Shown: positions 24,988 to 37,558, counted from the whole stretch's first letter. The stretch: DNA of 63,031 nt, filler included, from Stramenopiles sp. TOSAG23-6 (GCA_900128565.1; 49 parts of 49 records of this genome joined end to end with filler, not necessarily neighbours in it); one strand, 5' to 3'. The notes: generated from the letters alone by a model not told the origin. Numbers and translations: made by a program.

Positions 24988-25848
24988 ATGCAAGCTTTGC
25001 AACAATCTCGAGGTGATTTCAATCTGAGCAGGGGATTTAGGCCGGGTGGCCTAAAACGAAATGGTGCAAATTTATCCAGAAGGAAGAAAGAAGTCCCATG
25101 TAGCCCATATATCAAGCACATTATCAGCATTGAACTCAACGATAAGCATCAGTTCAGGAGAGTTCAGAAAAAGAAGAAAAAGGTTTCATTTCCCTCTAAA
25201 ACAAGAGTTTCAGTCAGCGAATTGCAACTTGTGAATGATGCTAATCAGTATAGACAACAATCTGGCTTTGGCCAAAGTACAGTCAATGCAGAAAGACAAG
25301 ACAAAAATAGATTAGAAATAAAAAATCAACAGCGAAAAAAAAAAATAAGACCTTCCTCAGTTCATGTTAGAAATATTTCTGGGAGCAAACAAAATCTATT
25401 AAATCAACAGAACAATATTAAGATAGCTTGGGGGGAAATACCGGATTGGATTAAGCAGCGTGAAACAATTAATAGAAAACAACCAAAATTCATTCTTCAC
25501 GGTCAACATATCAAGAAGGATGTCACTCCGCAAATTCGAAATTCGTTACGTACGAAATTTGGTACGGATTCAGTTAATAAAAGTAGTAGTACAAAGATTT
25601 TTACAGCTAACGCGAAGTACAAAAACAATGATAGTAATATTGGAGGAATGAGATATTATTCTCCCAATATATCAAATATGCCTAAGCCAGTTTTTGTCAT
25701 CACGGAAGCAAAAGAAAAAAAATCCAAGAAAAAAGTCTTTTGTAATTTGAATACTGATTTTAAAAAGAGTCGTAGAATATGTAATACTAAGAATAAGCAC
25801 AAGGTAGCATTATCTCCAGCTATGAGAGAATATAAATTCTCCTCGCCA
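24988..25848 (+). CDS. Hypothetical basic protein
   Basis: 287-codon open frame, no family recognised. Confidence 0.5.
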
Positions 25849-26057
25849 NNNNNNNNNNNNNNNNNNNNNNNNNNNNNNNNNNNNNNNNNNNNTTAATTAA
25901 TTAANNNNNNNNNNNNNNNNNNNNNNNNNNNNNNNNNNNNNNNNNNNNAATTTTTAAATATTTTCCCAATCATCGGACATTTTTGAGTCGATTATTGTTT
26001 GTTACTCTAGCTACTAGAGCTGAAGTAAAAAGTTATTTTAATTAAATCTGTATTCAA

Positions 26058-27141
26058 ATGAGGATTGTCAAACTATTTATTTGCCAAAGTCTTTTTCTTC
26101 TTTTTGTTCCATGCACTTCTCAGTTAAGTGGTTTCTTGGGAACATGGAGAGAGACTGACCCGAGTATGTGGGGATCTTGGTTTCGGAATAATGATCCCGA
26201 TGGAAAATCGGAAAAAACTTGGAGAATGGCATACAGGATCCAAAGAGATTCCCTATTTGTGGCTTTAAAGATCCAGTAATGCCTGGACAACGTGGAAAAG
26301 ATAAAGATGGAATATCACAGCATCATTGCACATATTGGGCCGAGAAGAAGTGTAATTTCAAAATGGGGGGTAGAAATGTATGTAGAGAAATGGAACGTCA
26401 GTGTAAAAAGTCCTACTGTAATCCACTTTGTTTACTTGCAACGTGGGGTGTCGAATCTATTCTAAAGCCTGGTGCAAAATGTGAAAAGTGGGATCGCTGT
26501 AATGCATTTAAGAAGGAAATTCAATCCCCTCGTGTTCATCACGCTTTTAACGCAGTCGTCACTGCCTGGGGTTGGGATCGCGCAGATTGGGTCTATAAAT
26601 TTGTAGAACAACGCATTTATGGAGATATGTTTCCATCTGCTGCAATACCAATGCGTTCGTGTCTACATGACCCTGAATTAGAGGATAAGTTTTTAAAAAA
26701 TAATCGAAATAAAAGAGAATGGAATGGTTGTGAAGAATGCAAAAAATTAGTTAAACTGAAATTATTCTCAAATGGGCCAGAATCAACAAAAAGGCCAGGC
26801 ACAAGAGAAAAATATGGTTGTGTTTATAGTAACGCTCCAAGTGAATATCCACATGGTCGAATCCAGCCTAAACCTAAACCAAAAAAGGCTTCAGCAATAT
26901 CAAGAATGTTCGAAGCAAATCTACTTAAAGGAAATATGTTTGTTTTCATCATGAATTTCGAATTTATTATTTTTTCAAAGAAATTTTGTACCTGACAAAA
27001 AATAATTGTGACATATTTTTTCATAATGCATCAAATCGGATTTCCCAGACCACCCCTCAATGCAGGATAGGTGCGAACAGGTTCGTAATTTATTTGAAAA
27101 ATCGAGAAGAGGAAGATCAGGTATTGAATCAAAATTTGAAC
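26058..27141 (+). CDS. Secreted Cys/Trp-rich protein (frameshift near 26215; GT-AT intron 26938-27031)
   Basis: Signal peptide; aat at|GTTTGT..CCTGAC..AATGCAT|c aaa tcg keeps the frame open. Confidence 0.5.
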
Positions 27142-28618
27142 NNNNNNNNNNNNNNNNNNNNNNNNNNNNNNNNNNNNNNNNNNNNTTAATTAATTAANNN
27201 NNNNNNNNNNNNNNNNNNNNNNNNNNNNNNNNNNNNNNNNNAAAAAAAAAAAAAAAATTTAAAAAAAAAAAAATTGAAATATGTTTTGATAGTATAGGGA
27301 CATCCACGAGGTATGCGATTACTATCCATGGTTATGCTAAAAAGTGGTGACATTATTGGTGCAATTTCAACATTACAAGTTTTATTATATCAAAACAAAA
27401 ATAACAAAAATAACAAAAATAACAAAAATATAGGAAAACTTTTTACTCCAATTTCTCAACAAAATTCAAAAAATGAAAAAAAACATTTGAAAATACAATT
27501 ACAAAATTTTGATTTTTTTAATAATTTTATTACAAAATTTGATATTGAACGATTAGAAAGCACATTTCTCCTATCTTTGATTTACTTGGAATTATATCAT
27601 ACAAAACAATGTATGTTTTATTTTATTTTTTTTTTACAAAAAAATCGAATTTTTTTTTTTTTTTTTTTTACGGAAAAAAAAATTTTTGAAATTTTTTTCC
27701 GAAAAAAATTTTTTTCAACCAAAAAAAAAAATCGAATTTTTTTTTCATACGAAATTTTGTACCTAACGATTTTTTTTTTACTCAATTTTTTTTTTCAACC
27801 AAAAAAAAAATCGAATTTTTTTTTCATACGAAATTTTGTACCTAACGAATTTTTTTTTTACTCAATTTTTTTTTTTGAAATATTTTGAAAAAATACATAC
27901 AGCATTGGATGATATTCAATCATTAGGAATTGAAAAGTATGCTAATGAAGTTTTTTCATCATTACAAAATTTTCGTTCATCATTTGAACATATGCACAAA
28001 CCTGTTCCAGAAGAAATTGCAATTACATTACGGAATCTAACATATGGACCAGGTGGTCATGTATGTTTTACTTTTTTTTTTTTTTTTTTTAAAAATTTTA
28101 TTTTTTTTTTTTACAAAAAAATCGAATTTTTTTTTTTTTTTTTACGGAAAAAAAAATTTTTGAAATATTTTTCCGAAATACATGTTTGTTTCAAAACAAA
28201 AATGATAAAAAACAGGTCTGTTCCAATAATGAATATGCTGCATTAGCAGTGCAATATATAAAAAGTATTGTTCAATACAAAACAATAGATTTTATTAAAG
28301 CAAATGTATGTTTTATTTTTTTTTTTTTCAACCAAAAAAAAAAAATCGAATTTTTTTTTCATACGAAATTTTGTACCTAACCAAAAAAAAAAAAAAATTT
28401 TTTTAAACCAAAAAAAAAAACAAATTTTTTTTTNNNNNNNNNNNNNNNNNNNNNNNNNNNNNNNNNNNNNNNNNNNNTTAATTAATTAANNNNNNNNNNN
28501 NNNNNNNNNNNNNNNNNNNNNNNNNNNNNNNNNAAAAAGCGAAACATAAACGAACCTAAACAACTGTAGCATTCCATTTCTTAGCATATTTTTAGTGTGT
28601 ACAGTACATCAAATTAAA

Positions 28619-29724
28619 ATGACATTTGAGCGAATGAAAGTTGAGTCCGTTGGACAGTCTGACTTTGAAGTAAAAAAGTCCAAAACGATCAAAGTTCTAT
28701 TTGTCGTTGTAGGCATTAGTCTCATTGCTGCGCTTCTATACGGTTCATATCGATCGTATCCTCATTCAAGGCATTCTACAAAGACAAGCTCTTCACCAAA
28801 GAATCATGTTGAAAATAACACACCAGTGTTTACGCAGTATACTCCAGATTCGATCGGTAAATATTTGACAAAGTCACTGAGTGATTACAAAGTGAATGTT
28901 ACAAGAAACGAGAAATTAGCGAAAGAAAATCTTGAACGTGCGTCAAAAGTCTATGATGAGGCTTTTGGTAAGGCCAGTGAAGACGTTATTACAGAAGTAC
29001 AAACTTATGCTGCTAAAGTCCAAAATGCTGAAGAAAATTCTGAACCTGATCATCAACACAGAACTTCTGAAGAACACGAGAAGCATCCTCGACGTCTTGT
29101 TAAAAATGAAGAACAAGTAAACGAAGAGGCTAAAGACGAAGCATCAGAACGACGTCTTGTTAAAAATGAAGAACAAGTAAACGAAGAGGATCAAGACGAA
29201 GCATCAGAACACAACGAAAACACCAAACATACCAAAAACAATCAAGATGCAGTCAAAGTATCTGAACAAGACGTACAAAACGAAAACAAAACAGCACAAA
29301 ACATACGCGGCTCAAACAATCTACTTTCAAAAGATCCAACAACACCTGCCCCAACACCAACACCAACAACACCTGCACCAAAACCAACAACACCTGCACC
29401 AACACCTGCACCAACAACACCAGCACCAACACCTGCACCAACAACAACACCAACAACACCTGCACCAACACCTGCACCAACAACACCAACAACACCAACA
29501 ACACCTGCACCAACAACACCAACAACACCTGCACCAACACCTGCACCAACAACAACACCTGCACCAACAACACCAACAACACCTGCACCAACAACAACAA
29601 CACCAACAACAACAACACCAACAACAACAACACCAACAACAACCCCGACAACACCAAATTCAACAAATATACAACAACCCGATGACAAAGCATCAAACAA
29701 TCTACATTCAAAAGATCCAAATTC
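28619..29724 (+). CDS. Type II membrane protein with Pro/Thr mucin-like repeat
   Basis: TM VLFVVVGISLIAALLYG; (PTTPA)n at 29337-29657. Confidence 0.7.
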
Positions 29725-29824
29725 NNNNNNNNNNNNNNNNNNNNNNNNNNNNNNNNNNNNNNNNNNNNTTAATTAATTAANNNNNNNNNNNNNNNNNNNN
29801 NNNNNNNNNNNNNNNNNNNNNNNN

Positions 29825-31015
29825 TTGTTTTGAGCTAGAACAGATGCAAGAAGCCGAAGAAGCCTTACTAGGAAATTATGCAAATAATAGTTCGACTTGT
29901 CGAACGAAACCTGCAATTCTGAACTGTGGTAACGTTCCTGGAGGTCCTAGTGGTTTATATCTCCTTGGTTGTATAAATAGGAAAGCAAATAGAGTAGAAA
30001 AGGCTAAAGAATATTTCATTGAGAGTCTGAGACATGATCCTTTTCTTCGTGTATCCTATCAAGCACTATGTGAGCTTGGTATTGATTTGCCGTCTGAGTT
30101 TTTATTTGATCTCGAAGATCGATTTGATGATTCTGTCGGTGCCACTCCTGCACCCTTGGCAGCTCCAACTCGATTATTTGATTTAAATCAAAGTAGCACT
30201 AGTATGGATGGAATGACTCCGATGTGTTGAGCTCAAATCAGGAACAAAATCAACTGAGAACAAATATTCATTTGCAGAGACTGATAAACAAGCACAATTA
30301 CAATTTCAAGAAATGCAGAGTAGTAGCGGAGTTGCTTCAGCATCAGACTCCTTTGCATTTGCAACTTTTACTCCTCAATTTACTCCACAACAACGACAGC
30401 AACATACTCAAAATATCGTGACTGGATCTGCAAGTGTGGGAGTCACACCTGAGTATGGTGTGCTTGGACTTAATACGGGTGCTATGGATACTCCAGCACC
30501 ACTTGAAGGAAGTCAAAGTTTCATTGCTGCACAAGCAAATGAATGTGTGAACCCTGCTGCTAAACGAGCATTGCGTGGTGGTCGTCATTTGCCACCAAAA
30601 GGACCATCTCGTACTCGTCGTGGTGCAGAGCAGAGATTATTATTTCCTCAGACAGAAGAAAAAGAACTAGAAAAAAAAGATGATTGTGCAAAATCAAGTA
30701 CTCGTCGTAGTAGTAATGAATTTGAACGAGAGAAACGTCGCTGGTCTAGCTCTATTAATGCAGAAAATGGACGAAGTGGACACCATACAAGGTCTGCTCA
30801 CGAAGAGATATGTTGGATAATGCACCAAAATCCCATAGCGCGGCAACAATACGTAGAGAACAGGAAGAAGAACGAGAGCGAGAGCGCCAAATTGGTCATA
30901 CCGATACAAATTCCTTTGGAAAATCAGCAGGTCATACAATAATTAGACTACTTCGTAAAGGTTTAATGACTAGTGCACTTCGATCACATCCAGATTCATT
31001 CCAAGAATTACGTGA
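29825..31015 (+). CDS. CDC27: CDC27/APC3-like N-terminal TPR and linker (two frame breaks)
   Basis: EAEEALL..GLYLLGCI.RK.NR.EKA.EYF..SLRHDPFL..SYQALCELG. Confidence 0.75.
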
Positions 31016-31115
31016 NNNNNNNNNNNNNNNNNNNNNNNNNNNNNNNNNNNNNNNNNNNNTTAATTAATTAANNNNNNNNNNNNNNNNNNNNNNNNNNNNN
31101 NNNNNNNNNNNNNNN

Positions 31116-32306
31116 CTCTATAAAGTATTTGTGTTTGGAATTGAATTTCAGCCCCTGCTGAACTAAATTTGCCTCCCCCTTCGTCTTTTCGTTCAATGGT
31201 CGCAGTTATTGTAAAGTACTGGTTGCTGGAATTTAACATGAGATCATCGTCGCGTACTACCGGCATGAAATCGCTCGAAACACCAATACTTTATAGAGAT
31301 GATCTCAAAAGTGAGAGTTGGAAATTAATTCATGATACACAAAGCACTTGGGAAATTAATTGCGAAGAAAACAAAAAACACTGTGAAGCAATCACGATAT
31401 TTCGCCAGGTGAAGTTGTCATATCCACAATACAAAGTAAAGATGCATATTATGCGGGATTTACCCACAGATTTAGAATTCATTGAACAAATAAGATATAC
31501 AGTGCGCAACGTTAATGCTTCTTTTACATTTTTTGAGTTGTCAGTCAAAGGTATCATATTAGGTTTTACCCTTTGGCGGTACTGTAATTATAATACATCG
31601 CTAAACTTTGGTGTATTTTACCCTTTTACTATAACTGCTTCAAAGCAGATAGAGAATAGATTAGTATCTAAGTTGCTCACGTCACTATTTTTATTCATTG
31701 ATCCATTTTTCTTTTTATGGTGCATCTTTGGTATAGTTGAGTTTCGTTTTATTTCTATTATCAGTATACTCTCTTCATGGTTCTTGTTTTATGGTGTACT
31801 TTTGGTTTGGCTCTTGTATGCTTTTAGAAAAAGACGAGTTTCGGATAGAGGAAACACTGGAAGAGCTTCAGCGGTGCGTATTACAGCGTTAACTGTCAGT
31901 ACTTTCTTGGGTCTATTTTGGGTAATATCGTTGGTGTTGGCAGTATACGTATCTTCACAAATTTATAAGAATCCAACCTACAACTATATGAAATTTAAAT
32001 CTAATTTTGNNNNNNNNNNNNNNNNNNNNNNNNNNNNNNNNNNNNNNNNNNNNNNNTGCGGAATTTCTGGAATAGCACTTTTACTATTTGGAGTTCTAGT
32101 AAGCACAAGTATGATTATGGGTGCAACGTTGAATAGAAGAAGCAGCAACGAAAAAGATATAACATGGGATGTAGACCGTTCATCTCGAGCATTATTTTTG
32201 TTCTCTTTTACATTTACCTACGTCGGAATGATACTTCTCTCGTTGTATCCGTACTTCGTATCCACCGAGAAGATTACTCTTCATACTATATTTGAGTCAT
32301 TGCTCA
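31116..32306 (+). CDS. TMEM181/Wntless-like multi-pass membrane protein
   Basis: VNASFTFFEL, LFLFIDPFFFL, several TM helices. Confidence 0.55.
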
Positions 32307-32691
32307 NNNNNNNNNNNNNNNNNNNNNNNNNNNNNNNNNNNNNNNNNNNNTTAATTAATTAANNNNNNNNNNNNNNNNNNNNNNNNNNNNNNNNNNNNNN
32401 NNNNNNAATTTTGTACCTAACAATTTTTACAAAAAAAAATATTTTTTCATACTATATGTAGTACTTATAAAAGACTTGGAGAATTTGCAAGATATTTTTC
32501 TTCTTTACCTAGTAGAGGAGGTCTAATTGCTCAAGCGTTTGGATTAGGTTTGTATGTTTCTCTCCATGTCTCTCATGACTAGGGTTAGGGTTAGTACAAT
32601 ACATTTTTTTGTAGTGTTTTTTTGTGTTGATTTTTGCAAAGATTTTTTTGTACCTCATATATTGTATTGTTTTGATTTTTTTACAATACAT

Positions 32692-33079
32692 ACTTTTGTT
32701 TCTCTCGAGCCTGACGCGTATTATCCTAATAATTTCAATGATTTTGCTTCTGGTTTAGTCACTCTTTTTGAATTATTAGTTGTCAATAATTGGTTCATCA
32801 TTATGGATGGTTTTGCTGCTGCTACTGGTTCTGATTGGAGTAGGTGGTTTTTCATTTCGTGTACGTTTTCATCTTGAATGTATGAATTTTTTTTTGAGTT
32901 CAATTTTTTTTTTCGTAGTGAATTTTGTACCTAACAATTTTTTGTAAAAATAAACTTTTGTTCACTATACATGGTGGCTATTCGCTGTAGTAATGGTTCT
33001 TAACTTAGTTGTAGCATTTGTTTTAGAAGCATTTGAAGAAAATCATTTGAAGAAAAACACCGAAATCGATACAATATAA
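32692..33079 (+). CDS. TPC: Two-pore calcium channel (TPC) second pore and S6; GT-AT intron 32861-32972
   Basis: YYPNNFNDFASGLVTLFELLVVNNWFIIMDG..WSRWFFIS|WWLFAVVMVLNLVVAFVLEAF. Confidence 0.9.
32861..32972 (+). mobile_element. Introner-family intron, GT-AT
   Basis: tcg t|GTACGT..TTGTACCTAAC..CTATACAT|gg tgg cta. Confidence 0.88.
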
Positions 33080-33786
33080 ATAATGATACAATCTTTCACA
33101 ATTTTTTTTTTTTTTTCAAAAAATATTTTTATTTTTCAATTTAAAAAAAAAACATGATTGCTGACAAACTTATATATTATTATTAGAGGAGACTTCCCCC
33201 TGAAAATCGTTTTTTGTATTACACTGCACATTTTTTTTGTTTGGTTCTGTTCTAGCATATCAAAATCCAAAAAATCCAAAACATCATGTATTGTGAAAAA
33301 AAATATATATTTTTTTTTGAGTGAAATATTTTTGTTAGGTACAAAGTTTCGTACGAAAAAAAAATTTAGAAAAAAAATTGAAAAAAACATACATGATTCA
33401 GAGTAATGTACAAAAAAATCGTTCCGCCACACATCAACGTACTATGAATTTTTATCGTAAATACAAAGGCACTCGTGTTGCTTTTTTAGTAGGTTTTTTT
33501 TTTATAAAATCTGATAATGTAATTTCTCGTACCTGAGAAGAATATATTTTGGAAAAATATTTCAAAAAAAAAACTAAAATTTGTTAGGTACAAAATNNNN
33601 NNNNNNNNNNNNNNNNNNNNNNNNNNNNNNNNNNNNNNNNTTAATTAATTAANNNNNNNNNNNNNNNNNNNNNNNNNNNNNNNNNNNNNNNNNNNNTATT
33701 TTGGAAAAATATTTGAAAAAAAAATCGTTAGGTACAAAATTTCGTACGAAAAAAAACATCGAGTTTGAAAAAAAAATAAAACATAC

Positions 33787-34887
33787 ATGCCGTGGCGAGA
33801 AGATCCAAGAAGAGTTAAATTTTGGATTCTTTCTTCTTCATCCATGCCACCCTCCAGATAAGGTGTAAAGCACTTTCTTCGCAAATTCTTGGATATTTTA
33901 TATAATTCCTGGGGAATACGTTTTGAGTCTATATTTTTCATAACGTGGTCTAAATGGATTCTATGTATTTTGGAAAAATATTTCAAAAAAAAAACTTAAA
34001 TTTGTTAGGTACAAAATTGCGTACGAAAAAAAAATTCGATTTTTTTGTAAAAAAAAAAATAAAACATACATATCGTCGCCACGATAAATTCCAATTAGAG
34101 TCGTTCTTTACTATAGTTTCTATATTATGTAATCTCAACGTATTATCTTCTTGATGTAGAACATGTTCCAAATTTGTGGAATCTTGTAACGAAAGCATTT
34201 TATCCAGATAATTGTTTTTCTTTACTGAATGAAAATCATCAATCGTAATTTGTTTTTCGATTGTGCTATCATAAGTACGAAAGTTTCGTATACTTTGTAA
34301 TTGAGACATTGCTTGGATAGATATATTTGGTGGGAGATCGAGTGTGAAACGTTTATGATAATTTTTGTATCTCCATGGTTTGTGAAAAAATAGTAAACAT
34401 TGTTTTTTGTTAGGTATACAATTTTCTATATAAAAAAAAATGAAATTCATGATGAAAACCTACATTTGATTTTCATAAACAGTTTTTCCAATTCGTCAAT
34501 ATTCAACCGTTCGATCTCACTTTTTCCAGGGAAAACCATTACATGATTCTTGTTCAATGGCAATGGAGTACCATCCTCGGTGATTACAGTCGTACCATCT
34601 CCATCTTCAAACCATGAAGGCGTTGTTCCGTTGAAATGAGATAGTTGATGGATTATGAAAAAATATTTCAAAAAAAATCTAAAAAAATTTGTTAGGTACA
34701 AAATTTCGTATGAAAAAAAAATATTTCAAAAAAAATCTAAAAAAATTTGTTAGGTACAAATTTTTTTTTTTTCGTAAAAAAAAAAAAAAAAATATTTAGA
34801 TAAAAAATTGAAATGAAAACGTACATGCACCCTCTGGACATCGTATACATCGAACACCCAAATTAAGGGAGTTGTATTCATCATTGN
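33787..34887 (-). CDS. Hypothetical protein, 4 exons; GT-AT introns 34648-34824, 34375-34463, 33963-34069
   Basis: cat|GTACGT..CCAT|caa; aaa t|GTAGGT..CCAT|gg; tat|GTATGT..TACAT|aga all chain into one open frame. Confidence 0.7.
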
Positions 34888-35124
34888 NNNNNNNNNNNNN
34901 NNNNNNNNNNNNNNNNNNNNNNNNNNNNNNTTAATTAATTAANNNNNNNNNNNNNNNNNNNNNNNNNNNNNNNNNNNNNNNNNNNNAAAAAAATTGTTAG
35001 GTACAAAATTTTTTTTTTCGTAAAAAAAAAAAAAAAAAAATTATTTACTAAAAACATTTTTTGAAATATTTTTCCAAAATATTTTTTTTTTTTTGGTAAA
35101 AAAATTTTCATAGAAAACAATTAC

Positions 35125-36071
35125 ATATATTTTTGTGCTCAGTCGTAAGGCAATGGACGACACGAAATTTCTATTTTTATTATTTTCAATTTGTTTTGGA
35201 ATTTGTTTTGAAATATTTTCTGGATTATTGTTCAGATGATCCACAGTGTACAAAAATTTGATTGAACGAATCCATCGACCATTCACAAAATCTGCAAATT
35301 CACGTAATAATCCAGGAGAGAGTAGTTGTAAAATATCTTTCTGATGTTTTGCTTTAAATAAATCTTTGCATTGTAAAAAAAACAGACGCAATTTAAACCC
35401 TAAACTTTGAGACACATTTATTTTGGAAAAATATTTTTTTTTTTTTTTTTGGATAATAAAAAAAATTTNTTAGGTANAAAATTTTTTTACNAAAAAAAAA
35501 AAAAAAATTCGAAATTCAATTTTGAAAACGTATATTAATTTCTTTTAGGTAGTCATTCAAATAATCATTTAACTGATTTGATTGAATCGATGCTTGATTT
35601 CGTGTACTTACTATCCCACAGACGGCTCCTACGACATAGGCATAAATGCCAGCCCCAAAGAGCATGTATTTTGGAAAAATATTTCATAAAAAAAAATTTT
35701 GAAGATTTGTTAGGTACAAAAATTTTTTTTTCGTAAATAAAAAAAAAAATTAAATGTAAACATACATAGTAATTGTTACAAATATTCTCTCTATAGTGTT
35801 AGTAGGTACTATATCTCCATATCCAATGGTTGTTAATGTCGTAACTGCCCAATATAATGAAACTGAATACCGAAAAGACGGCGATTTGTCACGTAAATCA
35901 AAAGCTTCTGAATTATTTGAATATTGAGTTAACCAAGAATCTCTCAAACCCGGTAACACGCCAATCATATGCCAAGCACACGAAATCCAATGGGAAAGCG
36001 TTAATACTGCTATCAAAAATTTTATTAATGATACAGTGGAGAAGCGTAAACTAAATCTATTTTGAAATCTT
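35125..36071 (-). CDS. Cyclic-nucleotide-binding-domain K+ channel (S5-pore-S6-C-linker), 3 exons
   Basis: HWISCAW, SLYWAVTTLTTIGYGDIVP.N..ER, M|LFGAGIYAYVVG, C-linker ILQLLSPGL. Confidence 0.92.
35416..35533 (-). mobile_element. Introner-family intron with AT-AT ends
   Basis: att aat|ATACGTTTTC..CCAAAATAAAT|gtg tct caa, phase 0, restores the C-linker. Confidence 0.75.
35664..35765 (-). mobile_element. Introner-family intron, GT-AT, in channel S6
   Basis: act at|GTATGT..TGTACCTAAC..CCAAAATACAT|g ctc ttt ggg. Confidence 0.9.
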
Positions 36072-36272
36072 GTGTATTTTGGAAAAATATTTAAAAAATT
36101 TTGAAAATTTGTTAGGTACAAAATTTTTATAAAAAAAAAAATTCGATTTTTTTTTTTTTTTTTTTTTTTTTTNNNNNNNNNNNNNNNNNNNNNNNNNNNN
36201 NNNNNNNNNNNNNNNNTTAATTAATTAANNNNNNNNNNNNNNNNNNNNNNNNNNNNNNNNNNNNNNNNNNNN

Positions 36273-36774
36273 TTTCATATTTGGAATCGTTTCCAATAAA
36301 GGCTGCCTGCTCCCGCGATAAAAACCCCCTCTACAGCGTTGTGGGTCAAATGCTTCCAATGCAAGCTTTGATGTTTGTTGCTTAGCCAAGGTATTATTCG
36401 ATTTTGATGCAGATGAAGAAGGAGAGTTGCCATTAAAAGTTGGTCAAGTTATAGAAGTTTTAGACAAAGAAGGTGATTGGTGGCTCGGTCGGCTCCAGGG
36501 TTCACTCAACGAAGGAGAGTTTCCATCGAATTATGTGGAAGTTTTACACAGTGAAGGAAAAACTTCTGGTAATGAAGTCAACTCTAATTCGAAAAAAACA
36601 ATCAAGGCTGTTGCCCTATATGACTTTGATGGTAGTGATGAAGGAGACTTGGCATTTTCCAAGGGGGATATTTTATTCGTACAAGATTGTGGTTTAGAAG
36701 GTTGGTGGCAAGGCAGCATAGAGGGCTCTGAAGTCACAGGAAACGTCCCACAGAATTATCTCAAAGTTCAATAA
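36273..36774 (+). CDS. Protein C-terminus with two SH3 domains
   Basis: AKVLFDFDA..GEL.LKVGQVIEVL..GDWW.G..GEFPSNYV; AVALYDFDG..DLAFSKGD..GWW.G..G.VPQNYL. Confidence 0.92.
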
Positions 36775-36966
36775 CTTTCATAATAAAGTAAATTTTAATT
36801 TTATGCAGTATTTATCTCTGTACAGTACATCATTTTTTTTGTTAAATATAAAAAATATTTGAAAAACCATCCAACGAAAGAAATATTGCGCTCGCGAAAA
36901 TTTAATGTGCAATGTACAATTAAATTTCACACGCGAATAATATCCGCAAAAGCTTTAGAAAAAATA

Positions 36967-37084
36967 GTAGCTCAGCAAGCAGGCTTCCAAACGGGTCCCC
37001 CACGATCGTACTAGCTGCTCTCAACCGGGCTTAACTTCTCAGTTCGGATGGGATGAGGTGCTGGTCCGGTGATATGGCCGAGCT
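36967..37084 (-). rRNA. 5S rRNA gene
   Basis: AGCTCGGCCATA..CCCATCCGAACT..GAAGTTAAGC..TAGTAC..TGGGGGACC..GGAA..GCTGAGCT; ends pair; T6 terminator at 36959-36964; TATA-like ~25 nt upstream. Confidence 0.93.
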
Positions 37085-37145
37085 GAGATTAGTGTGTAAG
37101 TTTAAGTATATATACAACAATCACTATTGACTTTCTGAAGTAATA

Positions 37146-37405
37146 TAAATGTAAATGTAAATGTTATGTAAATGTAAATGTAAATGTAAATGTAAATGTA
37201 AATGTAAATGTAAATGTAAAATGTAATGTAATATCGTAATGTAATGTAAAATTTAATGTAACGTAATGTAAAATGTAATGTAAAATGCGATGTAATTCGT
37301 AATGTAAAATGTAATGTAATATTGTAATGTAAATGTAATGTAAAATGTGTAATGTAAAATTAAATGCAATGCAAAAATGTAATGTAAATGTAAAATGTAA
37401 TGCAA
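37146..37405. repeat. Degenerate (TGTAA/TGTAAA)n satellite
   Basis: Directly visible 5-7 nt tandem units. Confidence 0.95.
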
Positions 37406-37411
37406 AAAATA

Positions 37412-37458
37412 CAAGACGGCGCAGAATCGAACTGCGTTGTAAAACTACTCCAGTAGCA
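37412..37458 (-). tRNA. 3' part of a tRNA or tRNA-like gene (truncated by contig end)
   Basis: T-arm CGCAG-TTCGATT-CTGCG, then 7-8 nt and a T5 run; anticodon not assignable. Confidence 0.5.
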
Positions 37459-37558
37459 NNNNNNNNNNNNNNNNNNNNNNNNNNNNNNNNNNNNNNNNNN
37501 NNTTAATTAATTAANNNNNNNNNNNNNNNNNNNNNNNNNNNNNNNNNNNNNNNNNNNN

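Noticed and set aside
27611-27902. Using this copy and 50884-50972 as GT-AT evidence
   Set aside because: In-frame AG alternatives exist (TACATACAG at 27902; AAG 50960 or TAG 50981); 36072 (CAC vs AAG) is also ambiguous
27313-28489. Phe/Lys-rich ORFs such as [24 protein letters not shown] as a peptide family
   Set aside because: They are translations of the intronic repeat
29242-29780. Overlapping poly-V/G, poly-L and poly-Q/H ORFs
   Set aside because: Alternate frames of the Pro/Thr repeat; same for 17347-18141 and 53356-53707
35664-35765. Systematic G-to-T base-call error at acceptors
   Set aside because: Occurs on both strands, true CAG ends exist in the same context (5064, 54308), and the end mirrors the upstream exon dinucleotide
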